In this document: piece after piece, positions 19,284 through 28,789 of the stretch
Numbering within the stretch: position 1 is the first letter of the stretch
Layout of the letters: the number at the start of each line of letters is the position of its first letter
NCBI GenBank assembly: GCA_048819475.1
Contig: JBMDXP010000073.1
Span: 53,998 to 117,997, forward strand
Direction: 5' to 3'
DNA: 64,000 bases
From: Algoriphagus sp.
GTDB taxonomy: Bacteria; Bacteroidota; Bacteroidia; Cytophagales; Cyclobacteriaceae
Notes under the pieces: model-generated
The model's input: only the letters and a program-made list of their open reading frames with translations
Databases searched by the model: none
What the model was told of the DNA's origin: nothing
Translations under genes and position numbers: made by a program

Positions 19284-20585
19284 ATGAAACTTAAATCAAC
19301 TTTCCTCGGACTATCAGCCTTACTTGTGGCCGGCATGGTCCAGGCACAAGAAGGATGGAATTGGCCTTCTGACGCTGCACTTGAAGCGAAAGCTAGAGAA
19401 TACAATGCAGCATACACAGACTATTTAAAATCAGATCAGTTTGTAGAAGCTACAAAGCCTCTCAACTGGTTACTGGTAAATGTGCCTGAACTAAACCAAT
19501 CCATATACCAAAATGGTGTGAAGGTGTACGATGGTGCTGCAAAAGTGACTACTGATGAAACAAAGAAAAGAGTCTACCAGGATTCTGTGATCGCCATCTA
19601 TGAAAAAAGGGATGAGCTCTACGACAACGAAAAAGACTGGATAGAAAATAAAGCTTATTATGGCTATCAGTATTACAAAGGGGATAAGGATAAATTAAAA
19701 GAACCCATTGCAGATTTTGAAAAGGCTCTTGAACTTAATGGTAAGATCAACTATCAGCTGATAGCTGCTTACTTTGATCTTATTTACAGAAATTACGCCT
19801 ATAACAAAGCCTATTCTGGAGAAGAGATTCTAAGCATTCATGACAAAGTGCAGGCGTTGCTTGATGACGCTGCCGAAGAAGGAACCGATGTAACCAGTCA
19901 GAAATCTACTTTGGAAACACTTTTGGTAGCTATGGAGCTGATCGACTGTGATTTCATCGAGAAGACTATGGGGCCAAAACTTACTGCCGATCCAACTAAT
20001 GCAGATTTGGCAGATCAAATATTCAGATATTCGGTACAATACAAATGTTTCTCAGGAAGTGCATTTCTTCAAGCTCTGGAGATCAAGCATGCTAAGGAAC
20101 CTTCTTTCTCTACCTCCCAAGTAATTGCGATGAGATATATGCAGGAAGATGCTCCTGACAAAGCCCAGGGAATGTGGGAACAGGCCTTAAGTTATGCTGA
20201 AACCAATGAGCAGAAGGCAGAGGTGCAGATTGAACTGGCCAAAATCCATGCAAAGCAAGGCCGTAAAGCAGCTGCAAGGACAGCAGCAAAAGAGGCTGCA
20301 AATCTGGATAACTCCAAAACGGCAGATGTTTACTCTTTAATCGGAGGAATGTACATGAATTCTTTCAATGATTGTAAAGGAGGCGAAAGCCGTGTAAAAG
20401 ATTATTCAATCTACATTGCAGCGTATAATGCTTATCAAAAAGCTGGTGATTCCCAAGGAATGGCCAACGCGCGGGCAAGATTCCCTTCCAAGGAAGAATT
20501 GTTCACCGAAGGTCTTCAAACTGGCTCTACCATCAATACAGGCTGTTGGATTGGTGAAACTGTCACATTGGCTACTAGGGATTAA
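19284..20585 (+). CDS. Periplasmic TPR-like protein
   Basis: Sec signal ending VQA-Q; helical repeats; Cys-containing C-terminus (NDCKGG, GCWIGE). Confidence 0.8.
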   Translation: MKLKSTFLGLSALLVAGMVQAQEGWNWPSDAALEAKAREYNAAYTDYLKSDQFVEATKPLNWLLVNVPELNQSIYQNGVKVYDGAAKVTTDETKKRVYQDSVIAIYEKRDELYDNEKDWIENKAYYGYQYYKGDKDKLKEPIADFEKALELNGKINYQLIAAYFDLIYRNYAYNKAYSGEEILSIHDKVQALLDDAAEEGTDVTSQKSTLETLLVAMELIDCDFIEKTMGPKLTADPTNADLADQIFRYSVQYKCFSGSAFLQALEIKHAKEPSFSTSQVIAMRYMQEDAPDKAQGMWEQALSYAETNEQKAEVQIELAKIHAKQGRKAAARTAAKEAANLDNSKTADVYSLIGGMYMNSFNDCKGGESRVKDYSIYIAAYNAYQKAGDSQGMANARARFPSKEELFTEGLQTGSTINTGCWIGETVTLATRD

Positions 20586-20610
20586 TTTATACCAGAACTA
20601 ATAAATCACT

Positions 20611-20640
20611 AGGGCAGTCTGAGGACTGCCCTTTTCATTT
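20611..20640 (+). terminator. Intrinsic terminator
   Basis: AGGGCAGTC-TGAG-GACTGCCCT followed by TTTCATTT. Confidence 0.85.
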
Positions 20641-20664
20641 TCTAACCTATCGGTTAAAATCAAT

Positions 20665-20672
20665 TATCTTTG
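20665..20672 (+). promoter_or_regulatory. -7 box TATCTTTG, 4 nt before the lptC GTG (leaderless candidate)
   Basis: TATCTTTG-tgac-GTG. Confidence 0.75.
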
Positions 20673-20676
20673 TGAC

Positions 20677-21228
20677 GTGAACAGAGTTTTTAGAATTTTC
20701 AGCCTTATAATCATGACAGGCATGACTTTATCATGCAGGGAAGATGTGGATGAAGCTGCGCTTAGGATCTATGATGGCCCCATCAATACCGCAGTGAATA
20801 TCCATTTGATGTCCAGTGACTCCGCGGTAGTACGATCGGAAATTCAAGCCCCGAAACAACTTGAATTCAAGAATGGAAACCTGGAATTTCCTGAAGGAAT
20901 AGATATCCAGTTTTTTGAAAAAGATGGAAGATTAAGCTCTACTTTGCGTGCAGACGTCGGTTATTATATCAAGGAAGATAATTTGTACAAGGGAGAAGGA
21001 AATGTGAAAGTCAATAACCTCATCGAAAGACAAAGGCTGCAATCGGAAGAACTTTTTTGGAATCCCGTAGAAAAAAAAATATATACAGAAAAATTTGTCA
21101 CCGTGGAAGACGAGGGGAAACAGACTCTTTTCAACGGCACGGGAATGGTAGCCGATGAGAATTTCAGCAAGTATCAAATAAAGAATGTGCGTGACAGCAG
21201 GACACTTCTACCAGGTGAAGGATTATGA
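20677..21228 (+). CDS. lptC: LPS export ABC transporter periplasmic protein LptC
   Basis: Lipoprotein-like N-terminus (TLSC); EFPEGI, STLRAD, LQSEELFW, IYTEKFV, GTGM typical of Bacteroidota LptC. Confidence 0.88.
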   Translation: MNRVFRIFSLIIMTGMTLSCREDVDEAALRIYDGPINTAVNIHLMSSDSAVVRSEIQAPKQLEFKNGNLEFPEGIDIQFFEKDGRLSSTLRADVGYYIKEDNLYKGEGNVKVNNLIERQRLQSEELFWNPVEKKIYTEKFVTVEDEGKQTLFNGTGMVADENFSKYQIKNVRDSRTLLPGEGL

Positions 21229-21434
21229 AACTAAAAGATGTCATTTTACTTTCACTTGCTCTGGCTTTAATAATCATTGGTATCCATCAAACGATGACAG
21301 TAGGGGTAGAAGGTTCCTATTCCATTTTTATGTTTGCAGTAGCTCTATTGTTCTGGTATCAATATCGCAGAACCAAAACTCCTGAGAAATCAGTTTCTCC
21401 AAAGAAAAAATCAGCGTCAGCTAAAAAGCGTTAA
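21225..21434 (+). CDS. Small two-TM membrane protein with basic tail
   Basis: Two hydrophobic segments; 4-bp overlap with lptC, 2-bp gap to the next gene. Confidence 0.75.
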   Translation: MKLKDVILLSLALALIIIGIHQTMTVGVEGSYSIFMFAVALLFWYQYRRTKTPEKSVSPKKKSASAKKR

Positions 21435-21436
21435 GC

Positions 21437-22717
21437 ATGGAACTATCCTATTTGTTATCAGTCATTATTACACTGGTTTTTTCAGCTTTTTTCTCCGGTA
21501 TGGAGATTGCTTTTATTTCTTCCAACAAGCTTCAGATCGAACTTCAGAATAAGCAAGGACTATTCAGTGGAAGGGTACTGAGCACTTTTGTGCAAAAGCC
21601 AGGTCAGTTCATCGGCACCACTTTGATAGGAAATACGATTATGCTGGTTCTATATGGCATTTTCATGGCTTATTTGCTGGAAGTGCCCCTTAGGGCATGG
21701 ATGCCTTCAGGTATAAACAACGAGGTCCTTATTCTACTGCTTCAGACCCTACTTTCTACGCTGATTGTTTTGGTGACAGGAGAGTTTTTGCCTAAAAGCC
21801 TCTTTATGCTGAACCCCAACAGCATGCTCAATTTCTTTGCAGTCCCTTTTCTGGCTATCTATTATCTGATGTATCCTTTGGTATGGTCTGTAGTAGCGCT
21901 TTCGAGATTCTTTATAACTAAGATATTAAGACTTGAGTACAATGAAGAGAAGCCTGTCTTTACAGTGACAGACTTGAATTCATTTATCCAAAACCACATG
22001 ACAAAAACAAGACAGGAAGGTCAGGTGGATATTGATACCAAAATCTTTGAAAATGCAGTGGAATTTAAGACCGTCAGAGTCAGGGAGTGTATGGTGCCCC
22101 GTACTGATATCATGTCGGTAGAAGTGGATGATTCCATCGATGAACTCAAGTCTGTCTTTGCAGAGAGTGGACACTCCAAGATTATAGTCTATAGGGAAAC
22201 CATAGATGAAGTGATAGGATATTGCCATCAGCTGGAGCTTTTCAAAAAGCCAAAATCCATAGAAGACATCCTTACCCCCATCATTATAGCTCCGGAATCT
22301 GCCCTCGCCAATGAGCTGTTAATCCAATTCATTCAAGAGAGGAAAAGTCTTGCGTTGGTAGTGGACGAGTTTGGAGGCACCAGTGGAATAGTCTCTATGG
22401 AAGATATTATTGAAGAGATTTTTGGGGAAATTGAAGATGAGTATGACAATGACGATTTGGTAGAACAGAAAATTTCCGAGCAGGAGTTTCTGCTGAGCGC
22501 GCGTCATGAAATTGATTATTTGAATGATAAATATAACTGGGAATTGCCTATTGGAGACTTTGAGACCTTATCCGGATTGATTTTGTCCCTTACCGAAAAT
22601 CTTCCCAAGAAAGGGGAATCGGTGACATTTGGCCCGTATACATTCACTGTAATGACCAAACAAGAGCATAGAATTGAGACCATCAGGATTAAAATCAACA
22701 GTTCAGGAATTTTTTAG
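21437..22717 (+). CDS. Hemolysin-family CNNM/CBS/CorC-HlyC membrane protein
   Basis: SAFFSGMEIAF, GEFLPK, MVPRTD, VVDEFGGTSGIVSMEDIIEEIFGEIEDE. Confidence 0.92.
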   Translation: MELSYLLSVIITLVFSAFFSGMEIAFISSNKLQIELQNKQGLFSGRVLSTFVQKPGQFIGTTLIGNTIMLVLYGIFMAYLLEVPLRAWMPSGINNEVLILLLQTLLSTLIVLVTGEFLPKSLFMLNPNSMLNFFAVPFLAIYYLMYPLVWSVVALSRFFITKILRLEYNEEKPVFTVTDLNSFIQNHMTKTRQEGQVDIDTKIFENAVEFKTVRVRECMVPRTDIMSVEVDDSIDELKSVFAESGHSKIIVYRETIDEVIGYCHQLELFKKPKSIEDILTPIIIAPESALANELLIQFIQERKSLALVVDEFGGTSGIVSMEDIIEEIFGEIEDEYDNDDLVEQKISEQEFLLSARHEIDYLNDKYNWELPIGDFETLSGLILSLTENLPKKGESVTFGPYTFTVMTKQEHRIETIRIKINSSGIF

Positions 22718-22802
22718 ATAAGGGTTTGATTCAGAATATATTTTGAATTTCGTTACTAATGCTATTATTTTGCGACACTTCTAAAAAAGCGTAGTAACAA
22801 TA

Positions 22803-24911
22803 ATGGCGTTAATTAAACAAATTAGACAGAGAACTGGTCTCGCAATCGGTGTAATTGCCGGCGGGTTGATTTTATTCCTTTTGGGTGGTGACCTGCTCAG
22901 CCCAAACTCTTCCCTTCTCAATTCCAGCCAAAATGTGGTCGGAGAGATAGCAGGTGAGGACATCACCTATCAAGAGTATTCTGCGAAAGTAGAAGAATAT
23001 AAAGTAGGTTACCAGCAACGGACAGGCAGGGCTCCATCTGAAGTGGAAATGTTCACAGTACGTGAGCAGGCATGGCAAGCCATGATTGTAGAACGTGTAT
23101 TCAAACAGGAGTATGAAAAACTTGGCCTGACTGTTTCCAGTGCTGAACTGGTGGATATGGTGCAGGGGAAAAATATAGTTCCGGAACTACGTCAGCAATT
23201 GGTTAATCCTGAGACCGGCCAGTTTGACAAAAACCAACTGATTACTTTTCTTCAGTCGCTTGAAACTGCAGATCCTGGGCAACAGGCATTCTGGTTCCAA
23301 CAGGAAAAGCTCTTCGCTGACTCCCGATTGAGAATAAAATATGATAATCTATTGGCCACATCAGAGTATGCCACCTCTGCCGAAGCAAAAATGGAATATA
23401 AAGCAGCCAATACCATCGCCGACGCTTCTATTCTTTTTGTGCCTTACAATGCCATCCCAAATGATCAAATCACAATCCAGGAAAATGAGTTGAAAGCCTA
23501 TCTTGATAAGCATAAAAGCAAATTCAAGACTGGAAATACAGCAACTCTGGAATATGTAAGCTTCAGTATCCAACCTAGTGGAGAAGATTCCACTGAAGTT
23601 ATCAGCCAAATAAAGGAGCTGACTGAGGGACTAAAATCTGCGGAAAATGACTCAGTATTTGTTTTGAGAAATTCAGAAAGTCCTTCTCCGTTTTTTACAT
23701 TTTTACCAGGAAGTAATCTACCTGAGAATCTCACTTCCAATGTATCCGATATTGAGGTAGGTGAAACTTATGGTCCTTTCATAACTTCCAACTCCTCCTA
23801 CGTGTCCTATAAAATCTCAGACCGGTACGAAGGAACCCCAAGGATGAGAGCCTCCCATATATTATTTAGCACCGAGGGGCTGGATGATTCGGGAAAGGCT
23901 GAGGTGAAAGCAGAAGCTGAGAGGGTCCTCGCAGAGGTAAAAGAGAGCGGGAATTTTGCCCTGGCTGCCCGTCAGTATGGACAGGATGGTACCGCGCAGA
24001 ATGGTGGGGATCTGGGTTGGTTTGCCAAAGATGATTTTGTCACCGAATTTGCTGAAGCCACTTATGCAGCCCGCTCCAAAGGTATTTTGAATAATTTGGT
24101 AGAGACTGAATATGGTTATCATATTATTGAAGTCACCGAAATGCCAAAATCAACCCATACGAAAATAGCAACTTTGGAACTTGAACTGGCAGCCAGTGAC
24201 ATCACCAGAAATGAAGCCTTCAGAAATGCAGATTCATTTGCAGCCAATGCCGGTAACCGTAACCAATTCACTGAGAACGCTTCAGCCGGAGGGTACAGAA
24301 TATTGACTGCCGAAAATATCGAGGCTGGATCAAGAAATCTCAACAACCTTCAGAATGCAAGAGAAGTAATCCGCTGGGCATTCTCTGACGCTAAAAAAGG
24401 TGAGGTATCCGAAGTATTTGAACTTGACAATGCGTACGTGGTGGCAACGCTAGTGAGCAAAAAAGAAGAAGGCGATGCTACTTTGGAGGATGTCAGAACA
24501 CAGATTGAAGCACAAGTAAGAAATGAGAAGAAGGCTGAATTGATAAAATCCCAGTTAACAGGGAAATCCACACTGGAGGAGATGCTCGCAGTATATCCGG
24601 ATGAGGCCTCGATCAACGAAGTTCCCGATTTGAAACTTAGTGCCTCTGTGATTCCAGGTGTTGGGTTTGCTCCTGCTGCCATTGGTTCTATTTTTGGATT
24701 GGAGCAAGGGAAACTCACTGCTCCTGTGCGCGAGGATGTTGGCGTTATAGTAGGAAGATTAAATTCCCTCACTCCCGCGGGAGAGATAGGGGATTATTCT
24801 GGCTTTCAAGGTCAACTTACCCAGAATGCTTCACAGAGAACGGCGTATCAAGTCATGATGGCTCTTCAGGATTTAGCTAATGTTAAAGATTATCGTTACA
24901 AGTTCTTTTAA
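22803..24911 (+). CDS. PpiD/SurA-type periplasmic peptidyl-prolyl isomerase/chaperone
   Basis: N-terminal TM anchor, SurA_N-like region, parvulin motifs ASHIL, GGDLGWF, ETEYGYHII. Confidence 0.9.
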   Translation: MALIKQIRQRTGLAIGVIAGGLILFLLGGDLLSPNSSLLNSSQNVVGEIAGEDITYQEYSAKVEEYKVGYQQRTGRAPSEVEMFTVREQAWQAMIVERVFKQEYEKLGLTVSSAELVDMVQGKNIVPELRQQLVNPETGQFDKNQLITFLQSLETADPGQQAFWFQQEKLFADSRLRIKYDNLLATSEYATSAEAKMEYKAANTIADASILFVPYNAIPNDQITIQENELKAYLDKHKSKFKTGNTATLEYVSFSIQPSGEDSTEVISQIKELTEGLKSAENDSVFVLRNSESPSPFFTFLPGSNLPENLTSNVSDIEVGETYGPFITSNSSYVSYKISDRYEGTPRMRASHILFSTEGLDDSGKAEVKAEAERVLAEVKESGNFALAARQYGQDGTAQNGGDLGWFAKDDFVTEFAEATYAARSKGILNNLVETEYGYHIIEVTEMPKSTHTKIATLELELAASDITRNEAFRNADSFAANAGNRNQFTENASAGGYRILTAENIEAGSRNLNNLQNAREVIRWAFSDAKKGEVSEVFELDNAYVVATLVSKKEEGDATLEDVRTQIEAQVRNEKKAELIKSQLTGKSTLEEMLAVYPDEASINEVPDLKLSASVIPGVGFAPAAIGSIFGLEQGKLTAPVREDVGVIVGRLNSLTPAGEIGDYSGFQGQLTQNASQRTAYQVMMALQDLANVKDYRYKFF

Positions 24912-24927
24912 TTAAGAACTGGATTTT

Positions 24928-24960
24928 GAACCCATGCCTATCAGCATGGGTTCTTTGTTT
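24928..24960 (+). terminator. Intrinsic terminator
   Basis: GAACCCATGC-CTATCA-GCATGGGTTC followed by TTTGTTT. Confidence 0.85.
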
Positions 24961-24995
24961 ACATCCTGTCGGAAACCGATCACCAGAATAATACT

Positions 24996-25262
24996 ATGCA
25001 AGGACAATTCAACAAGGCCACATTCAAGGAGAAATTAGAAGCAAACGGACAGTTTCCCATGCTTTACATGTTCAAATTCATCGTTCCCAATGGAAAGGAA
25101 TCACAAGTGGCTGAGCTGTTTCCAAAAAATGAAATGCTGGTCAAGGAAAGTTCGGGGGGCAAATATGTAAGCACTACTATCCAGGCTATGATGGACAGTG
25201 CAGACCAAATAATCGATATCTATGAGAAAGCCTCATCTATTGAGGGTTTAATTTCACTTTAA
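24996..25262 (+). CDS. DUF493 (YbeD-like) family protein
   Basis: FPMLYMFKFIV, SSGGKYVSTT, ends GLISL. Confidence 0.85.
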   Translation: MQGQFNKATFKEKLEANGQFPMLYMFKFIVPNGKESQVAELFPKNEMLVKESSGGKYVSTTIQAMMDSADQIIDIYEKASSIEGLISL

Positions 25263-25272
25263 TCACCAAGCC

Positions 25273-25506
25273 ATGTGGACAGAAGAAGATAATAAATTGA
25301 AGCGGACATTCAAGTTCAATGATTTCCAAGAGGCTTTCGCATTCATGACCCGTGTAGCCTTTTTGGCTGAGTCCCATCAGCACCATCCAAACTGGAGCAA
25401 TGCGTATAATACTGTGGATATAGAGTTAACCACACATGACAAGGGAAATAAAATCACCGATAAGGACCATAAACTTGCCAAAGCAATTGATGCATTGGGG
25501 AAATGA
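25273..25506 (+). CDS. phhB: 4a-hydroxytetrahydrobiopterin dehydratase (pterin-4-alpha-carbinolamine dehydratase)
   Basis: AFAFMTRVA, HQHHPNWSNAYN, LTTHD. Confidence 0.93.
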   Translation: MWTEEDNKLKRTFKFNDFQEAFAFMTRVAFLAESHQHHPNWSNAYNTVDIELTTHDKGNKITDKDHKLAKAIDALGK

Positions 25507-26198
25507 TGGAAGAGCATGCTATTAACTTATTTCTTGTCCCCACCCCAATCGGCAATTTAAAAGACATCACGCTGAGGGCGGTAGAAGTATTAAAATCTTC
25601 AGACACTATTCTTGCTGAGGATACCAGAACAAGTGGGCAGCTTTTAAAACACCTTGAAATCTCCAGGCCATTGCAGAGTTACCATATTTTCAATGAGCAT
25701 AAAACCGTTGAACGGCTGGTGGAGCGCATGAAAAAGGGTGAGGTTTTTGCTTTGATCAGTGATGCCGGCACACCTGCCATTTCAGATCCCGGATTTTTAC
25801 TCGTAAGGGAAGTATTGGCAGCCGGTCTGGAGGTACAATGCTTACCGGGGCCCACAGCCTTTGTGCCGGCTTTGGTCAATAGCGGCCTTCCAAATGACCG
25901 GTTTGTTTTTGAAGGCTTCCTGCCCCATAAGAAGGGTCGCAAAACCAGAATAGAGGCATTGGTGGAGGAAACCCGGACGTTGGTTTTTTATGAGTCTCCC
26001 CATCGTATTATGAAGACGCTGGAACAACTTGCAGAAGCATTTGGCCCAGATCGTCTAGCCTGTGTGTCACGTGAACTTACTAAAATCCATGAGGAAAATG
26101 CCAGAGGGACTTTGGCAGAATTAATTGAATATTATCAGACACATCCATGCAAAGGTGAGCTTGTTCTTACTGTAGCAGGAAAGAACCCAAAAAGCTGA
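25503..26198 (+). CDS. rsmI: 16S rRNA (cytidine1402-2'-O)-methyltransferase
   Basis: LVPTPIGNLKDIT, AEDTR, SDAGTPAISDPG, FYESPHR, RELTKIHEE. Confidence 0.96.
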   Translation: MMEEHAINLFLVPTPIGNLKDITLRAVEVLKSSDTILAEDTRTSGQLLKHLEISRPLQSYHIFNEHKTVERLVERMKKGEVFALISDAGTPAISDPGFLLVREVLAAGLEVQCLPGPTAFVPALVNSGLPNDRFVFEGFLPHKKGRKTRIEALVEETRTLVFYESPHRIMKTLEQLAEAFGPDRLACVSRELTKIHEENARGTLAELIEYYQTHPCKGELVLTVAGKNPKS

Positions 26199-26223
26199 GA
26201 AAACTATAACCATCGATTCTAAG

Positions 26224-27024
26224 ATGACTATCGAAAAATTAAGTTTGCTTCTGGAGCAGACACAGGCAATTGCCAAAGAAGTCGGGGCATTTATAAGAAA
26301 GGAAAGGCAGCATTTTGATCTGACAACCGTAGAACATAAGGGATTCAATGATCTTGTATCGTATGTGGACAAAGAGGCGGAAAAGCAAATTGTAGATAGG
26401 CTTTCCTCTATCTTACCAGAAGCAGGCTTTGTAACTGAAGAAGGAACGAGTAGTACAAAAGGGGAAGAGTTTAACTGGATAATAGACCCGTTGGACGGCA
26501 CCACCAATTTCATCCATGGCCTACCGATATTTGCAGTAAGTATTGCACTTATGGCTAAGGATGAAGTGATTTTGGGAGTGGTGTATGAAGTAAACAGACA
26601 TGAGTGCTTTTATGCGATGAAAGGGGGTGGTGCCTACTGCAATGACACCCCTATAAAGGTAAGTCAGGCAAAATCACTTTCAGCTTCACTTATTGCGACA
26701 GGTTTTCCATACTATAGCTTTGAGCTTCTGGATAACTACCTTGCTGCCCTGAAGGCTCTTATGCAAACAACCCATGGCCTGAGGCGATTGGGCAGTGCGG
26801 CTATGGATCTTTGCTATGTGGCTGCCGGGAGGATGGAAGGTTATTTTGAATACAATCTTAACTCTTATGATGTGGCTGCCGGGGCACTGATTGTGCAGGA
26901 AGCAGGAGGGACCGTGACGGATTTTTCCCACGGCAATAATTTTATTTTCGGAAGACAGATTATTGCAACAAACGGACTCATCCATGCTGAATTTTATCAA
27001 GTGGTCAAACCCATTCTCAACTGA
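26224..27024 (+). CDS. suhB: Inositol monophosphatase family protein
   Basis: DLVSYVD, WIIDPLDGTTNF, RRLGSAAMD, YDVAAG. Confidence 0.92.
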   Translation: MTIEKLSLLLEQTQAIAKEVGAFIRKERQHFDLTTVEHKGFNDLVSYVDKEAEKQIVDRLSSILPEAGFVTEEGTSSTKGEEFNWIIDPLDGTTNFIHGLPIFAVSIALMAKDEVILGVVYEVNRHECFYAMKGGGAYCNDTPIKVSQAKSLSASLIATGFPYYSFELLDNYLAALKALMQTTHGLRRLGSAAMDLCYVAAGRMEGYFEYNLNSYDVAAGALIVQEAGGTVTDFSHGNNFIFGRQIIATNGLIHAEFYQVVKPILN

Positions 27025-27027
27025 ATC

Positions 27028-27936
27028 CTATCCCAACAAGAAATACCACATCAGTACAGTTAAAATTGAAATAGGAATTCCCAATCCCGCCAATAGCGTG
27101 GCCAGTCTAGGATTCAGCCCGTATTGAATAGCGACAATAGATCCTGTAATCATAGGGGCCATTCCACTTTCAAGCACAGTTACCTTGAATACGAGGTCAG
27201 ATTCTGGAAGGAAGTTTCTATAAATCACCCAAATCACTGCCGGGGCAAGTACAAGTCTGTAAGCTATTCCCAACCAATAAATCCTTGAGCGAAGTTCTTG
27301 GAAATCCAGAGAGAATTTCATTCCTATAGCCAACAACGCCACTGGAGCCATACTTTTCCCTACTACGGATAAAGCCGGAATTAAAAATTCCGGTGTCCGC
27401 CATCCAGCAAGGCTCATGAACAAGGTCAGGATTAAAAAGAGAAACGGAGGGAATGTGATTATCTTTTTGGGAATATGCCTTAGTCTTCCATTCCGGTCAG
27501 AATATATTGAGCCCACCAAGATTGCCAGAGAGGAAGCCAGCAGAAAGGACCCTCCTTGATCAATAAGCAAAGCCGTGGGCAAAGCATCAGAACCATATAA
27601 AATTTCAATAAAGGGAAAGCCTAAAAAACTCGTGTTTGCCAGTCCGGTTACAATGATCATGCATCCAGTAGTGGGGCTATTCCAGTGAAGCAGTTTTCCC
27701 ATCACCCCAAATACAAACCAAGACAATAAAAAGGTAACCCACGCACTGGAGATAGGCAGGAGGAGATTCCAACTCGGCTCAATCTGTGGTATATATAGGA
27801 GGGCAAGGGAAGGAAGGACTAGGTTAAACAGGTAGGAGTTCACCCATACCACAGATCTTTCAAGAGGAAAGCCCGGCCACCTTTGAAAAAGCAATCCTGC
27901 TAAAAGAAAAACAAGGCAAATACCGATCGTAATCAT
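27028..27936 (-). CDS. AEC (auxin efflux carrier) family transporter
   Basis: NTSFLGFP, DQGG, FPPF, VLESGMAPM; about 10 TM helices. Confidence 0.88.
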   Translation of the reverse strand: MITIGICLVFLLAGLLFQRWPGFPLERSVVWVNSYLFNLVLPSLALLYIPQIEPSWNLLLPISSAWVTFLLSWFVFGVMGKLLHWNSPTTGCMIIVTGLANTSFLGFPFIEILYGSDALPTALLIDQGGSFLLASSLAILVGSIYSDRNGRLRHIPKKIITFPPFLFLILTLFMSLAGWRTPEFLIPALSVVGKSMAPVALLAIGMKFSLDFQELRSRIYWLGIAYRLVLAPAVIWVIYRNFLPESDLVFKVTVLESGMAPMITGSIVAIQYGLNPRLATLLAGLGIPISILTVLMWYFLLG

Positions 27937-28012
27937 CCCTAAAATTGAGTGAATGTACTTCTAATTAATATTTAATTAATCTGCAATCATTGTATATGGC
28001 TGAAAATCAAAA

Positions 28013-28020
28013 TATTTTTG
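28013..28020 (+). promoter_or_regulatory. -7 box TATTTTTG for the small ORF at 28041
   Basis: Exact TAnnTTTG inside the longer predicted ORF, implying the real start is ATG 28041. Confidence 0.6.
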
Positions 28021-28040
28021 TTCCATGTAAATTGAACAGG

Positions 28041-28268
28041 ATGACCAAACTAATTCCTATTTCCATTGAAGGTGAACGTTGGGTTCAGCTTTCCCAACTA
28101 TCCAAAGAACATGCAATGAAACTCAAGACATGGCTGCCGGTGAGTTGTTTCAAGAGTATTTTTCTTCATGGAATGGAGCTTCGGGAGTGTATAAGTTTTG
28201 AGATTTATGAGTATTGGTTTTGTACAAGCCAGCTATCTGATCAAAAATCAGCGGTATTTGAGTTTTAA
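28041..28268 (+). CDS. Hypothetical small protein (75 aa)
   Basis: ORF MTKLIPISIEGERWVQLSQL... downstream of a consensus promoter; no family recognised. Confidence 0.6.
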   Translation: MTKLIPISIEGERWVQLSQLSKEHAMKLKTWLPVSCFKSIFLHGMELRECISFEIYEYWFCTSQLSDQKSAVFEF

Positions 28269-28639
28269 TCCAGATCGAAACTCTTTCGCTTCCCTTTAAA
28301 ATAGTTTTCTATCTCAGGATATAGATTACTTTCCACTTGGGGAATCCCATCCAATGCCAAATCCATCTGTCCCCCGGCACTATCATTGTCCACTCTCATT
28401 CCTTCCAACATATAAATTAAATCTTCCAGGGTTAGGGGATCCAGACTGGAAGATGGATAAAGCATGTATTCATTTCCATAGAAATCTACGGCATCATAGT
28501 GGATCTTTGATTCAACCCAATGGGCATAGATACTTATCTGCTCTCCCCATTTGCTCTCAGGATAATACAGTTTAGCAAGAAGTATTGACGTGGTATCTCC
28601 TTCAAAATAGGCCTCTGGCTGGTATTTAAAATCAAACAT
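28265..28639 (-). CDS. Hypothetical acidic protein
   Basis: 124-aa ORF with its own promoter box; protein-like composition; no family recognised. Confidence 0.75.
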   Translation of the reverse strand: MFDFKYQPEAYFEGDTTSILLAKLYYPESKWGEQISIYAHWVESKIHYDAVDFYGNEYMLYPSSSLDPLTLEDLIYMLEGMRVDNDSAGGQMDLALDGIPQVESNLYPEIENYFKGKRKSFDLD

Positions 28640-28643
28640 GCCT

Positions 28644-28651
28644 CTAAAATA
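28644..28651 (-). promoter_or_regulatory. -7 box variant TATTTTAG, 4 nt before ATG (leaderless candidate)
   Basis: Minus strand TATTTTAG-aggc-ATG. Confidence 0.6.
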
Positions 28652-28746
28652 ACAATTAGGGCCGACAGACTAATGCAATCCGCTTTTAGGATTGGATAAT
28701 CGGGACTTTCGGGCTATTTTTGGTCAGATTTTCTGATAGACCTTTT

Positions 28747-28754
28747 TACATTTG
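28747..28754 (+). promoter_or_regulatory. -7 box TACATTTG of glyA
   Basis: Exact TAnnTTTG 35 nt before the ATG. Confidence 0.65.
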
Positions 28755-28789
28755 CCAGCATATTTAAATTAGCTTTCAAACCCCTGATT

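Noticed and set aside
28640-28789. ZTP (pfl) or glycine riboswitch upstream of glyA
   Set aside because: The promoter box leaves only about 30 nt of leader, with no consensus elements
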